A stretch of DNA of 64,000 nucleotides from Acidimicrobiales bacterium (GTDB lineage: Bacteria; Actinomycetota; Acidimicrobiia; Acidimicrobiales; GCA-2861595): assembly GCA_036262515.1 (NCBI GenBank), contig DATAIT010000082.1:654-64653 (forward strand). The letters are read 5' to 3'. The notes under the pieces were generated by a model. It made no database searches. It was given only the letters and a program-made list of their open reading frames with translations, and had not been told where the DNA came from. The position numbers and the translations under genes are program-made. Below, piece by piece: positions 21,383 through 28,715 of the stretch; within the stretch, counting starts at the first letter, position 1; the number at the start of each line of letters is the position of its first letter.

Positions 21383-22903
21383 ATGCCGCACGGCCGGGGC
21401 CGCGTCGTGCTGGCGTTGGCTGCGGCCCTGGCCGTGCTGGCCGCCGGCACGGGCGTGGTCGTGCACGACCGCAACCGGTCGGAGGACCGGCGGGACCCTG
21501 ACCGGGCGGCTGCGCCGGGGGCGGGCGCGCCCACGCCGGAGGCAGTCCCGGACCCCGACGCCGCCGGCGGCGGGCGCGACGACACCGACGACGGGCCCGG
21601 TGGCCTGGTGAAGCGGCTGCTCGATGCCCTGGGTGGCGGCGCCGGTGGCGACGTCACCGGCGCCGCCCTCGAGGACTGCGCGTCGGCGCTGGCCGCCGCC
21701 CCGGTGGGTTCGGCCGGCTTGCTGCCCGATCGCAAGGCCGGCACCGACCCCGATGCGCAGCTGCACCAGATCGCAGACGCCCTCCAAGGCCTGCGCATGC
21801 TGCGGTTCGAGCGGGTGCCGGTTCCCGTGTACGTCACGGCGGACGAGATGAGCCGGCGGGTACGGGCGGAGCTGATGCGGTCGTCGTCTCCCGACGAGAC
21901 CGCCGCCGAGGCCCGTGGCCTGGTGGCCCTGGGTGCGCTGCCCCCCGGCGCCGACCTCGAGGCGCTGACGGCCGAGGCGCTGGGCGGCCAGGTGGCCGGC
22001 TTCTACGATCCGGACACGGGGGAGCTGGTCGTGGCCCGCTCGGGCACGTCGGGCGGCCTGGACGGCCAGTCTCGCATCGTGCTCGCCCACGAGCTCGACC
22101 ACGCCCTCACCGACCAGGCGATCGGCCTCCCTGACGACGTCGACCGGCCCGAGCCGGGCGCCGAGGACGCTGCGCTCGGCCGCCTGGCGCTGGTGGAAGG
22201 CGACGCGACCCTCGCCATGCAGCAGTACGGGCTGGCCTACGTCCCCCTGCTCGACCAGCTGAGCGGGCTGGGCGGGGCCCTCGCGTCCCAGGAGCAGCTG
22301 GCCCGGCTGCCCGACTACCTCCAGCGCAGCCTGGTGTTCCCCTACGTCGCAGGACTCTCGTTCGCCTGCGCCCTGCACCGGGCCGGCGGCTGGGCGGCCG
22401 TCGACGCCGCGTACCGCCGGCCGCCGACGTCGACGGCCCAGGTGCTGTTCCCGGAGCGCTACGCGGCGCACGAGGCACCCGTCGATCCGCGTGGTCCCGC
22501 CGCTCCGGGCCCCGGATGGACGCCGCTTCCCCGGCGCTCGTTCGGGGCGGCCGAGCTGCGGTGGCTCCTCGAGGCGCCCGGAGGCCGGCCGGACAGGGCG
22601 GTGGACGACGCCGCCCGGCGGACGGCCGGCTGGGCCGGAGGCGAGCTCCAGGTCTGGGTCGACGGCGACCGCACGGCCACCGGCGTGGCGTTGGTGCAGC
22701 ACGCCGGCCAGGCGCCGCTGTGCGCCACCATGGCCGCCTGGTACACCGCCGCCTTCCGGGGGGGAACGCGCGTCGATCGGCTTCCCGGCGAGGAGCTGGC
22801 CGTCGACGGAGCCCGCCAGGACGCCGTCGTCCGCTGCCAGGGCGACGACGTCCGGATCGGTATCGCCCCCGACCTCGGCACCGCCCGGGCCATCGCCGCC
22901 TGA
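21383..22903 (+). CDS. putative secreted/membrane-anchored zinc metalloprotease (HExxH)
   Basis: The start was moved to ATG 21383, preceded by GGAAGGGAGGGG. There is an N-terminal hydrophobic segment VVLALAAALAVLAAG, and the motif HELDHALTDQ. Confidence 0.6.
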   Translation: MPHGRGRVVLALAAALAVLAAGTGVVVHDRNRSEDRRDPDRAAAPGAGAPTPEAVPDPDAAGGGRDDTDDGPGGLVKRLLDALGGGAGGDVTGAALEDCASALAAAPVGSAGLLPDRKAGTDPDAQLHQIADALQGLRMLRFERVPVPVYVTADEMSRRVRAELMRSSSPDETAAEARGLVALGALPPGADLEALTAEALGGQVAGFYDPDTGELVVARSGTSGGLDGQSRIVLAHELDHALTDQAIGLPDDVDRPEPGAEDAALGRLALVEGDATLAMQQYGLAYVPLLDQLSGLGGALASQEQLARLPDYLQRSLVFPYVAGLSFACALHRAGGWAAVDAAYRRPPTSTAQVLFPERYAAHEAPVDPRGPAAPGPGWTPLPRRSFGAAELRWLLEAPGGRPDRAVDDAARRTAGWAGGELQVWVDGDRTATGVALVQHAGQAPLCATMAAWYTAAFRGGTRVDRLPGEELAVDGARQDAVVRCQGDDVRIGIAPDLGTARAIAA

Positions 22904-23072
22904 CCGGCTCCCGCACATCCGGCGCCGCGGGCGGCCGGGTGAGCGGATGCACGCCTCGGCGTTCTCCGTCGCCCTGCTCTCCGCCCCGCCGCCCCTCCGC
23001 CGCCGCCCCGGGGAGGGCGGGGGACGCCTCCCTGCCAGGTGGCACGAGGGGCGGCGGCGGGGACCGGGGGGC

Positions 23073-23337
23073 TTAGGCGGCGGCGGTCTGGATGGCTTGA
23101 CGGCGGCTGCGTACCACCGTGGCGTTGTCGGTGAGCGCGCTCTGGAGCGGGCCGAGGGACGAGACGAAGAGTCCGTTCCACTGGCTGCGGAAGCGGTCGG
23201 CCGCAACGCCGGTCCACGTCGTGTTCTCACCGCCGCGAGATGCGCCGCTGGAGCTCGGCCACGCTCTGCGGGTCGGTCGTGAACTGCTGCTCCAGACCCT
23301 GCATCTGCTCGACGCTGCCGCCCACCCTGGTCGTCAT
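23073..23337 (-). pseudogene. WXG100-family (ESAT-6-like) gene interrupted by a 1-nt frameshift
   Basis: ATG 23337 is preceded by GAGGAG. Frame A encodes MTTRVGGSVEQMQGLEQQFTTDPQSVAELQRRISRR and then TGA at 23227. The +1 frame continues GGENTTWTGVAADRFRSQWNGLFVSSLGPLQSALTDNATVVRSRRQAIQTAAA to TAA at 23073. It contains the W-x-G motif, has high GC3, and has no start codon of its own. The total span is 265 nt (3n+1). Confidence 0.7.
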
Positions 23338-23371
23338 GTCATCTCCTCGGCGCACCTCTTGAGTGTTGCAC

Positions 23372-23381
23372 AGTCTATCAT
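23372..23381 (-). promoter_or_regulatory. putative extended -10 promoter (ATGATAGACT) for the WXG100 gene
   Basis: The minus strand reads TG-a-TAGACT, about 35 nt upstream of ATG 23337, within an AT-rich patch. Confidence 0.4.
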
Positions 23382-23558
23382 GAAAACCAATGAAAGAAAA
23401 GAATGAGCCGCCCGACGGCTGCGGAGCGAGGATGAGGCGCTCCGCCTGACGGCGAAAGGCCCATGACTCGGCCCGGGCTCGGCGGCCCGCCGCCGCAGGA
23501 GGGCAGTTGCGCCGGCCAACTCGTCGGCCACGGCCTCGAGCCTTGGCCCACCCTACCT

Positions 23559-23588
23559 CTGACGGGACACGAAAGACAATGATAGACT
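23559..23588 (+). promoter_or_regulatory. putative promoter CTGACG-N18-(TGa)TAGACT for the SAF/CpaE-like operon
   Basis: The same 10-mer ATGATAGACT occurs at 23579..23588, with AAGGAG at 23613..23618 downstream. Confidence 0.4.
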
Positions 23589-23679
23589 CAAATGTACATT
23601 GAACTACACGACAAGGAGTCATTCCGCATGACGCGATGGTCGGGCGACGTCCGGAGAGAGCGCTTTGTACAGTGACGCG

Positions 23680-24489
23680 ATGGCTGAGACCACCCTCAGC
23701 AGGCAGCACGCGGCGGCGCGGCCCGACCGCGGTGCGAACGGGGCCCGCCCGCTGCACCGGCGCCGACCGCTCCCCGGTGGCCGCGCCGTCGTGGGCGGCT
23801 TTCTCGTGGCCGCCGCCGCCGTCGGCGTCTTCGCCGGGTACACCGGGGCGACGGCAGACCAGCGGGAGCCGTACCTGGTCGCTCGGCGCGACCTCTCGCT
23901 CGGCCACCGCATCACGAAGGCCGATCTGGCCACGCTGCCCATGGACCTGCCCGCCCTGCTCCGGTCGAAGGTGTACCGCGATCCGTCGAAGCTGGTGGGC
24001 GCCCTGGTGATCGGGCCTGTGACGAAGGGCGAGCTGGTGCAGGCCAGTGCCGTGCTGGCCGGGGCCGGCACGGGGATTCCGGACGAGCGCCAGATCTCGT
24101 TCCCCATCGAGTCCGCCCGCGCCGTCAACGGTCAGCTCCACCTCGGCGAGTTCGTCGACGTCCTCGCCACATACGGCACCGGCACCGAGGGGTACACCTC
24201 GGCCGTCGTCCGCGGCGCCCGCGTCGCCGACCGTTCCGACACCAGCGGCGCCTTGTCCGACCGCGGGAACGAGGTCATCACCCTGTCGGTGCCGCGGGAA
24301 GCGGACACGCTCGCTGTGGCCCACGCAGTCAGCGCCGGAACGGTGATCCTCGTGCGCTCCACGGCGCCTGTGCCGGCCGGCGACGTGGTCGTCCCGTCGA
24401 CCCCGTATCAGCCCGCCGCCGGTCCACCCGAACCGGCGGTGGGCGGGGCCGGCACCCCGGGCAGCGGCGCACCCGCCGGGACGGGCTGA
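23680..24489 (+). CDS. SAF-domain protein, CpaB/RcpC-like (Flp-pilus assembly family)
   Basis: It has an N-terminal TM segment VVGGFLVAAAAVGVFAG, followed by VARRDLSLGHRITKADL, which is typical of SAF/CpaB. An alternative TTG start lies at 23665. Confidence 0.65.
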   Translation: MAETTLSRQHAAARPDRGANGARPLHRRRPLPGGRAVVGGFLVAAAAVGVFAGYTGATADQREPYLVARRDLSLGHRITKADLATLPMDLPALLRSKVYRDPSKLVGALVIGPVTKGELVQASAVLAGAGTGIPDERQISFPIESARAVNGQLHLGEFVDVLATYGTGTEGYTSAVVRGARVADRSDTSGALSDRGNEVITLSVPREADTLAVAHAVSAGTVILVRSTAPVPAGDVVVPSTPYQPAAGPPEPAVGGAGTPGSGAPAGTG

Positions 24490-24494
24490 GCGCC

Positions 24495-25802
24495 TTGGGC
24501 GCCGAGCGGTACGTGGTCCTGGGGCTGGCCCAGCCACGGTCCGGCTGGTTCCGGTCGACCGCCCAGTGGGCCAACTCGGGGACCATCCCTGCCGAGTTCG
24601 TGAAGTGCGTCTCCGGCGAGGAGCTGCGGGCGCGCCTGTCGTCGGGCCGGCCGTTCTCCGCCCTGCTGATCGACGCCGCTCTGCCGGCGCTCGACCGCGA
24701 CCTCGTCGACACGGCACGGGCGGCCGGCTCGGTCACGATCGCGGTCGACGACCGGCGGGGCACCCGCGACTGGGACGCCCTCGGCGTCGTCGCCGTCCTG
24801 CCCGACTTCTTCGACCCGAAGGCGCTGCTCGACGTCCTCACCGCCTTCGCCACCATGATCGGCCGCAGCGACGAGCTGCCGGGCGACGCCGCTCCGCACA
24901 CCGCAACCGTGCGGCGGGGGAGGGTCGCCACCGTGTGCGGCCCGGGCGGCACCGGCGCGTCGACCGTCGCCGTCGCCCTCGCCCAGGGTTTCGGTGACGA
25001 GCGCAGGGAGCCCGGCGCCGTCCTCCTCGCCGACCTGGCCCTCCACGCCGAGCAGGCCATGCTCCACGACGCGCGCGACGTCGTCCCCGGCGTGCAGGAG
25101 CTCGTCGAGGCCCACCGCTCCCGCCGCGTCCCCCCCGAGGAGGTCCGCGCCCTCACCTTCGACATCCACGAGCGGGGCTACCAACTGCTCCTGGGCCTGC
25201 GCCAGGCCCGCTCCTGGACCACCATCCGGCCACGCGCCTTCGAGGCCGCCTTCGAATCCCTGCGCACCGCCTACCGGTTGGTCGTCTGCGACACCGACGC
25301 CGATCTCGAGGGCGAGGACGAAGGCGGTTCCATCGAGGTCGAGGAGCGGCACGTGATGAGCCGCACGGCGGCACTGCGGGCCGATGCGGTGTTCGCCGTC
25401 GGGCTCCCGGGGATGAAGGGTCTGCACTCCCTCGTGCGCGTCCTCAGCGAGCTGCGCCACGTCGGGGTGGCGCCCGGCCGGGTGGTCCCGGTGGTCAACA
25501 GAGCGCCCAGAACCGGCCGGGGCCGCGCCGAAGTGGCCGCCACGCTGGAAGCCCTCAGCGGCACAGGCGGTCCTGCATTCGCCCCTCCAGTGTTCCTGCC
25601 CGACCGCCGGGTGGAGGAGCCCCTGCTCGACGGCATCCGCCTGTCGTCCACGCTCACGCAGCCTCTCCGGGGCGCCTTCGCCGCCATCGTCGACCACGAG
25701 GGCGCGGCGTCGCCGGCGGGCGGGACCGAGCCACAGCTCGTGCGCCCAGGATCACTCGGTGCGTGGTCCGGCGGTGAAGCCGACGAAGTGGCGCTGAGCT
25801 GA
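24495..25802 (+). CDS. CpaE/TadZ-like MinD/ParA-family ATPase (actinobacterial Ssd-like)
   Basis: It has an N-terminal receiver-like domain, a deviant Walker A VCGPGGTGASTVAVALA, and Walker B-like LVVCDTDAD. The listed start is TTG. GTG 24510 is an alternative. Confidence 0.65.
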   Translation: MGAERYVVLGLAQPRSGWFRSTAQWANSGTIPAEFVKCVSGEELRARLSSGRPFSALLIDAALPALDRDLVDTARAAGSVTIAVDDRRGTRDWDALGVVAVLPDFFDPKALLDVLTAFATMIGRSDELPGDAAPHTATVRRGRVATVCGPGGTGASTVAVALAQGFGDERREPGAVLLADLALHAEQAMLHDARDVVPGVQELVEAHRSRRVPPEEVRALTFDIHERGYQLLLGLRQARSWTTIRPRAFEAAFESLRTAYRLVVCDTDADLEGEDEGGSIEVEERHVMSRTAALRADAVFAVGLPGMKGLHSLVRVLSELRHVGVAPGRVVPVVNRAPRTGRGRAEVAATLEALSGTGGPAFAPPVFLPDRRVEEPLLDGIRLSSTLTQPLRGAFAAIVDHEGAASPAGGTEPQLVRPGSLGAWSGGEADEVALS

Positions 25803-25904
25803 CCGAGCGGGCATCCCCGTTCGCACGCCGACCGGCTGCGAGGATGGTTCGATGCGCCCGACCATTCCGCCGCATCCGGCGATCCGGACGGGCCCCGAGG
25901 CCCG

Positions 25905-26444
25905 ATGAGCTCCGGCCCGACACGGGTGCTGCTGGGTGCGGTCATCGGACTCGTCCTCCTCGGTGGCGTCGCTGCGGTGGTCATCCACGACGAGAAAGGC
26001 GACGGCGCGCCCTCGGCGTCCGCCACCACGACCACCTCGGCACCTCCCGGCGGCGCTGGCGGTGCCGGTGGTACCCCGGCGTCGACCACCGGCGCGTCGA
26101 CCACCTCCTCGACTGCGTCGACCTCTGGGACCACCGGGAGGGGGTCGGGCGGTTCCGCCGGCGGCGCGTCGACCACGATCGTGGCGGGCTCCGGTTCCGG
26201 GGGCGCCCCGTCGACGACCACCACGTCGACCGGGTCGGGAGGTGCGGCGGGTGGTCCCTCGACGACGACCTCGACGACGCTCGGGTCGCCCGGCACCGGC
26301 TCGACCAGCACCGGCGCCTCCGGCGGCACCGGCCAGGACGCCCTGGCCTACACCGGTGCCAGCTCGGACCTCGTGCTGGCGCTCTGCCTCCTGGCCGTCG
26401 CGTCGGCGGCTCGCCTGGCGCTCGCCGCGTCCCGGCCCCGCTGA
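25905..26444 (+). CDS. Ser/Thr/Gly-rich surface protein with C-terminal LAxTG sortase sorting signal
   Basis: It has an N-terminal TM/signal segment VLLGAVIGLVLLGGVAAVV and a roughly 120-aa low-complexity S/T/G region. The C-terminus carries LAYTG, the hydrophobic stretch ASSDLVLALCLLAVASAARLALAA, and a basic SRPR tail. Confidence 0.75.
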   Translation: MSSGPTRVLLGAVIGLVLLGGVAAVVIHDEKGDGAPSASATTTTSAPPGGAGGAGGTPASTTGASTTSSTASTSGTTGRGSGGSAGGASTTIVAGSGSGGAPSTTTTSTGSGGAAGGPSTTTSTTLGSPGTGSTSTGASGGTGQDALAYTGASSDLVLALCLLAVASAARLALAASRPR

Positions 26445-26472
26445 CCGCGGGGCGGCGCCTCGGCCCACCGCC

Positions 26473-26526
26473 AGCGCAGGCGCAGGCGGAGGTGCAGGTG
26501 CAGGTGCAGGTGCAGGTGCAGGTGTG
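26473..26526. repeat. hexanucleotide tandem repeat: 5 perfect GGTGCA units flanked by degenerate units (agcgca ggcgca ggcgga ... ggtgtg)
   Basis: Read directly from the sequence. The perfect units span 26491..26520, and the last degenerate unit contains the GTG start at 26524. Confidence 0.9.
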
Positions 26527-27636
26527 AGGATCACCGCCGTCGAGCTCCGGCGGATCCGCATCCCGTTCCGCTCCCCCGTCCGCACGGCAGCCGGCACCTC
26601 AGCGGCGCGCCACGTGCTCTTGGTGCGCGTCCAGTCGTCCGTCGGTGAGGGGTGGGGCGAATGTGCCGCCCTGGAGGAGCCGACGTACACCGAGGAGTAC
26701 GTGGAGGGCGCCTGTGCCGTCATGCGAGTCCACCTGGTGGGCCGCCTGGCGGCCCTGGGCGACGCCGTCCACTCTGACGCCGTCGCCGCGGCCTTGGCCC
26801 CCGTGCGCGGCCACCGCATGGCCAAGGCGGCGCTCGAGATGGCGGTGCTCGACGCCGAACTGCGGGCGGCCGGAACCTCGCTCGCCCACCGCCTGGGCGC
26901 CAGCCGCCCCACCGTGGCCGCCGGCGTGGCGGTCGGCATCGCCGGCTCCATCCCGGCGCTGCTCGACGAGGTGGCCATGGCCGTCGAGGAGGGCTACGGA
27001 CGGGTGAGGCTGAAGATCGCTCCGGGGTGGGACGTGCTGCCCGTGCGGGCGGTCCGGGAGCGCTTCCCGGCGCTGGCCGTGCACGCCGACGCCAACGGCT
27101 CCTACCAACTGGGCGACGTCGACCACCTGGCACTGCTGGACCCGTTCGGCCTGGCCATGATCGAGCAGCCGTTGGCGCCGGACGACCTCGCCGGGTCCGC
27201 CGAGCTGGCCGGCCGGATCGCCACGCCGATCTGCCTCGACGAGTCCATCACGTCGGCACGAGTGGCAGCGACAGCCATCGGCATGGGCGCGACCCGCGTC
27301 GTCAACGTGAAGCCGGGTCGAGTCGGCGGCTACCTCGAAGCCCGCCGCGTGCACGACGTGTGCGTCGCCGCAGGCGTGCCGGCCTGGTGCGGAGGCATGT
27401 TCGAGACGGGCCTGGCCCGCCGCGCCAACCTCGCGCTCGCCGCCCTTCCGGGGTTCACGTTGCCGGGCGACCTGGCTCCGCCGTCGCGCTACCTCACCGG
27501 CGACATCGTCCCCGCGCTCGTGGCCGGGAGGGGCCGGCTCGACGTGCCGGACGGCGTGGGCATCGGGGCCGATGTCGACCTCGACGCCGTGCGGGACTAC
27601 ACGGTGGCGACCGAGAGCGTTCCCCTCAGGAGTTGA
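26524..27636 (+). CDS. enolase-superfamily enzyme (o-succinylbenzoate synthase / N-acylamino-acid racemase family)
   Basis: Starts at GTG 26524 (VRITAVELRRIRIPFRSPVRTAAG). Family-typical motifs include LKIAPGWD, DANGSY, IEQPL, LDES and VNVKPGRVGG. Confidence 0.8.
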   Translation: MRITAVELRRIRIPFRSPVRTAAGTSAARHVLLVRVQSSVGEGWGECAALEEPTYTEEYVEGACAVMRVHLVGRLAALGDAVHSDAVAAALAPVRGHRMAKAALEMAVLDAELRAAGTSLAHRLGASRPTVAAGVAVGIAGSIPALLDEVAMAVEEGYGRVRLKIAPGWDVLPVRAVRERFPALAVHADANGSYQLGDVDHLALLDPFGLAMIEQPLAPDDLAGSAELAGRIATPICLDESITSARVAATAIGMGATRVVNVKPGRVGGYLEARRVHDVCVAAGVPAWCGGMFETGLARRANLALAALPGFTLPGDLAPPSRYLTGDIVPALVAGRGRLDVPDGVGIGADVDLDAVRDYTVATESVPLRS

Positions 27637-27670
27637 CGCGCACGTCTTCACAAGAAATCTGCCTGTGATG

Positions 27671-27699
27671 TTGTCAACTTCGCCCCCCTGGGGTAGAGT
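27671..27699 (+). promoter_or_regulatory. putative sigma-70-type promoter TTGTCA-N17-TAGAGT upstream of hsp20
   Basis: The hexamers were read directly from the sequence. The -10 ends 56 nt before ATG 27756. Confidence 0.4.
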
Positions 27700-27755
27700 T
27701 GCTTCGGAACGAATGCAGGCCCCCAACGGGGGGAAACGACCGAGGGAGGAACGAC

Positions 27756-28202
27756 ATGTTGATGCGTTTCGATCCTTTTCGTGAGCTCGACAGGCTCACC
27801 CAGCAGACATGGGGCAACGGGCAGGCCCGGCCGACGCCCATGCCCCTCGACGCCTACCGCCGGGGCGACCGGTTCCTGATCCACCTCGACCTCCCGGGCG
27901 TCGACCCGTCCACCGTCGACCTGACCGTCGAGAAGAACGTGCTCCAGATCCACGCCGAGCGGTCGTGGCGGCGTGAGGAGAGCGACGAGGTGGTCGTGGC
28001 CGAGCGCCCGCAGGGCTCGTTCACGCGGCAGCTCTTCCTGGGCGAGGGCCTCGATCCCGACCGCATCGAGGCGTCGTACGACAAGGGCGTGCTGACCGTG
28101 ACGATCCCCGTGGCCGAGCAGGCCAAGCCCCGGAAGGTCGAGATCAGCACCGGCGGCGAGAGCCAGCCCACACCCATCGACGCCGCATCCTCGGCCGCCT
28201 AG
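27756..28202 (+). CDS. Hsp20/alpha-crystallin small heat-shock protein
   Basis: ATG is preceded by GAGGGAGGA. The alpha-crystallin domain includes PLDAYRRGDRFLIHLDLPGVDPSTVDLTVEKNVL and the C-terminal GVLTVTIPV. Confidence 0.9.
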   Translation: MLMRFDPFRELDRLTQQTWGNGQARPTPMPLDAYRRGDRFLIHLDLPGVDPSTVDLTVEKNVLQIHAERSWRREESDEVVVAERPQGSFTRQLFLGEGLDPDRIEASYDKGVLTVTIPVAEQAKPRKVEISTGGESQPTPIDAASSAA

Positions 28203-28286
28203 GCGGAGCCGGCCGCTGTCCCCGGCGGGGCGAGGCCACTCCCCCACCCCGTCCCGCCGGTGAGGACGGTCCCGGCTGGTCCTGGG

Positions 28287-28715
28287 TCAGAGTCGGTAGC
28301 GGTAGACGTTGGTGTCGCGACGCTCGAAGCCGAGCTTGGTGTAGAGCCGGTTGGCCGCCTCCCGGCTCGGGCGCGACGTGAGGTCGATGGTGCGGGCGCC
28401 CGCCGCCGAGGCCAGCTCGACGGCCCGGGTCGTCAGGGCGGCGCCGATGCCCTGCCGGCGGGCACCCTCGTCGACCACCACGTCCTCGACCCATGCCCGC
28501 ACCCCGGTGGGGATCCGGAAGACGACGAGGGTGAGCGATCCGGCGATGTGGCGGTCGTCGTCGACGGCGAGGAGCAGGTGCGTCCCTGGCGCGTCAACCA
28601 TCTCCTGGAGGTCGTCGAAGGTGGGAGGTGGCGACGTGCGGGAGAGCTGGTTGACCAGGCGGGTGAAGGCGGCGACCAGATCGGGGCTGACGTGGTCGGC
28701 CTCGACGACCCTCAT
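28287..28715 (-). CDS. GNAT-family N-acetyltransferase
   Basis: 142 aa. The ATG overlaps the upstream citrate-synthase stop (ATGA). The acetyl-CoA motif is RRQGIGAALTTRAVELA. Confidence 0.8.
   Translation of the reverse strand: MRVVEADHVSPDLVAAFTRLVNQLSRTSPPPTFDDLQEMVDAPGTHLLLAVDDDRHIAGSLTLVVFRIPTGVRAWVEDVVVDEGARRQGIGAALTTRAVELASAAGARTIDLTSRPSREAANRLYTKLGFERRDTNVYRYRL

Noticed and set aside
23220-23240. Programmed +1 ribosomal frameshift in the WXG100 gene, by analogy with prfB.
   Set aside because: The P-site codon CGG cannot re-pair in the +1 frame (GGU), and no upstream internal SD stimulator is evident. An indel (a mutation or an assembly error) is more parsimonious.
26473-26526. The hexamer repeat as a coding (Ala-Gly)n N-terminal extension of the enolase-superfamily protein.
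   Set aside because: No ATG, GTG or TTG lies in frame upstream of the repeat after the preceding gene's stop. The first usable start is the GTG at the 3' end of the repeat.
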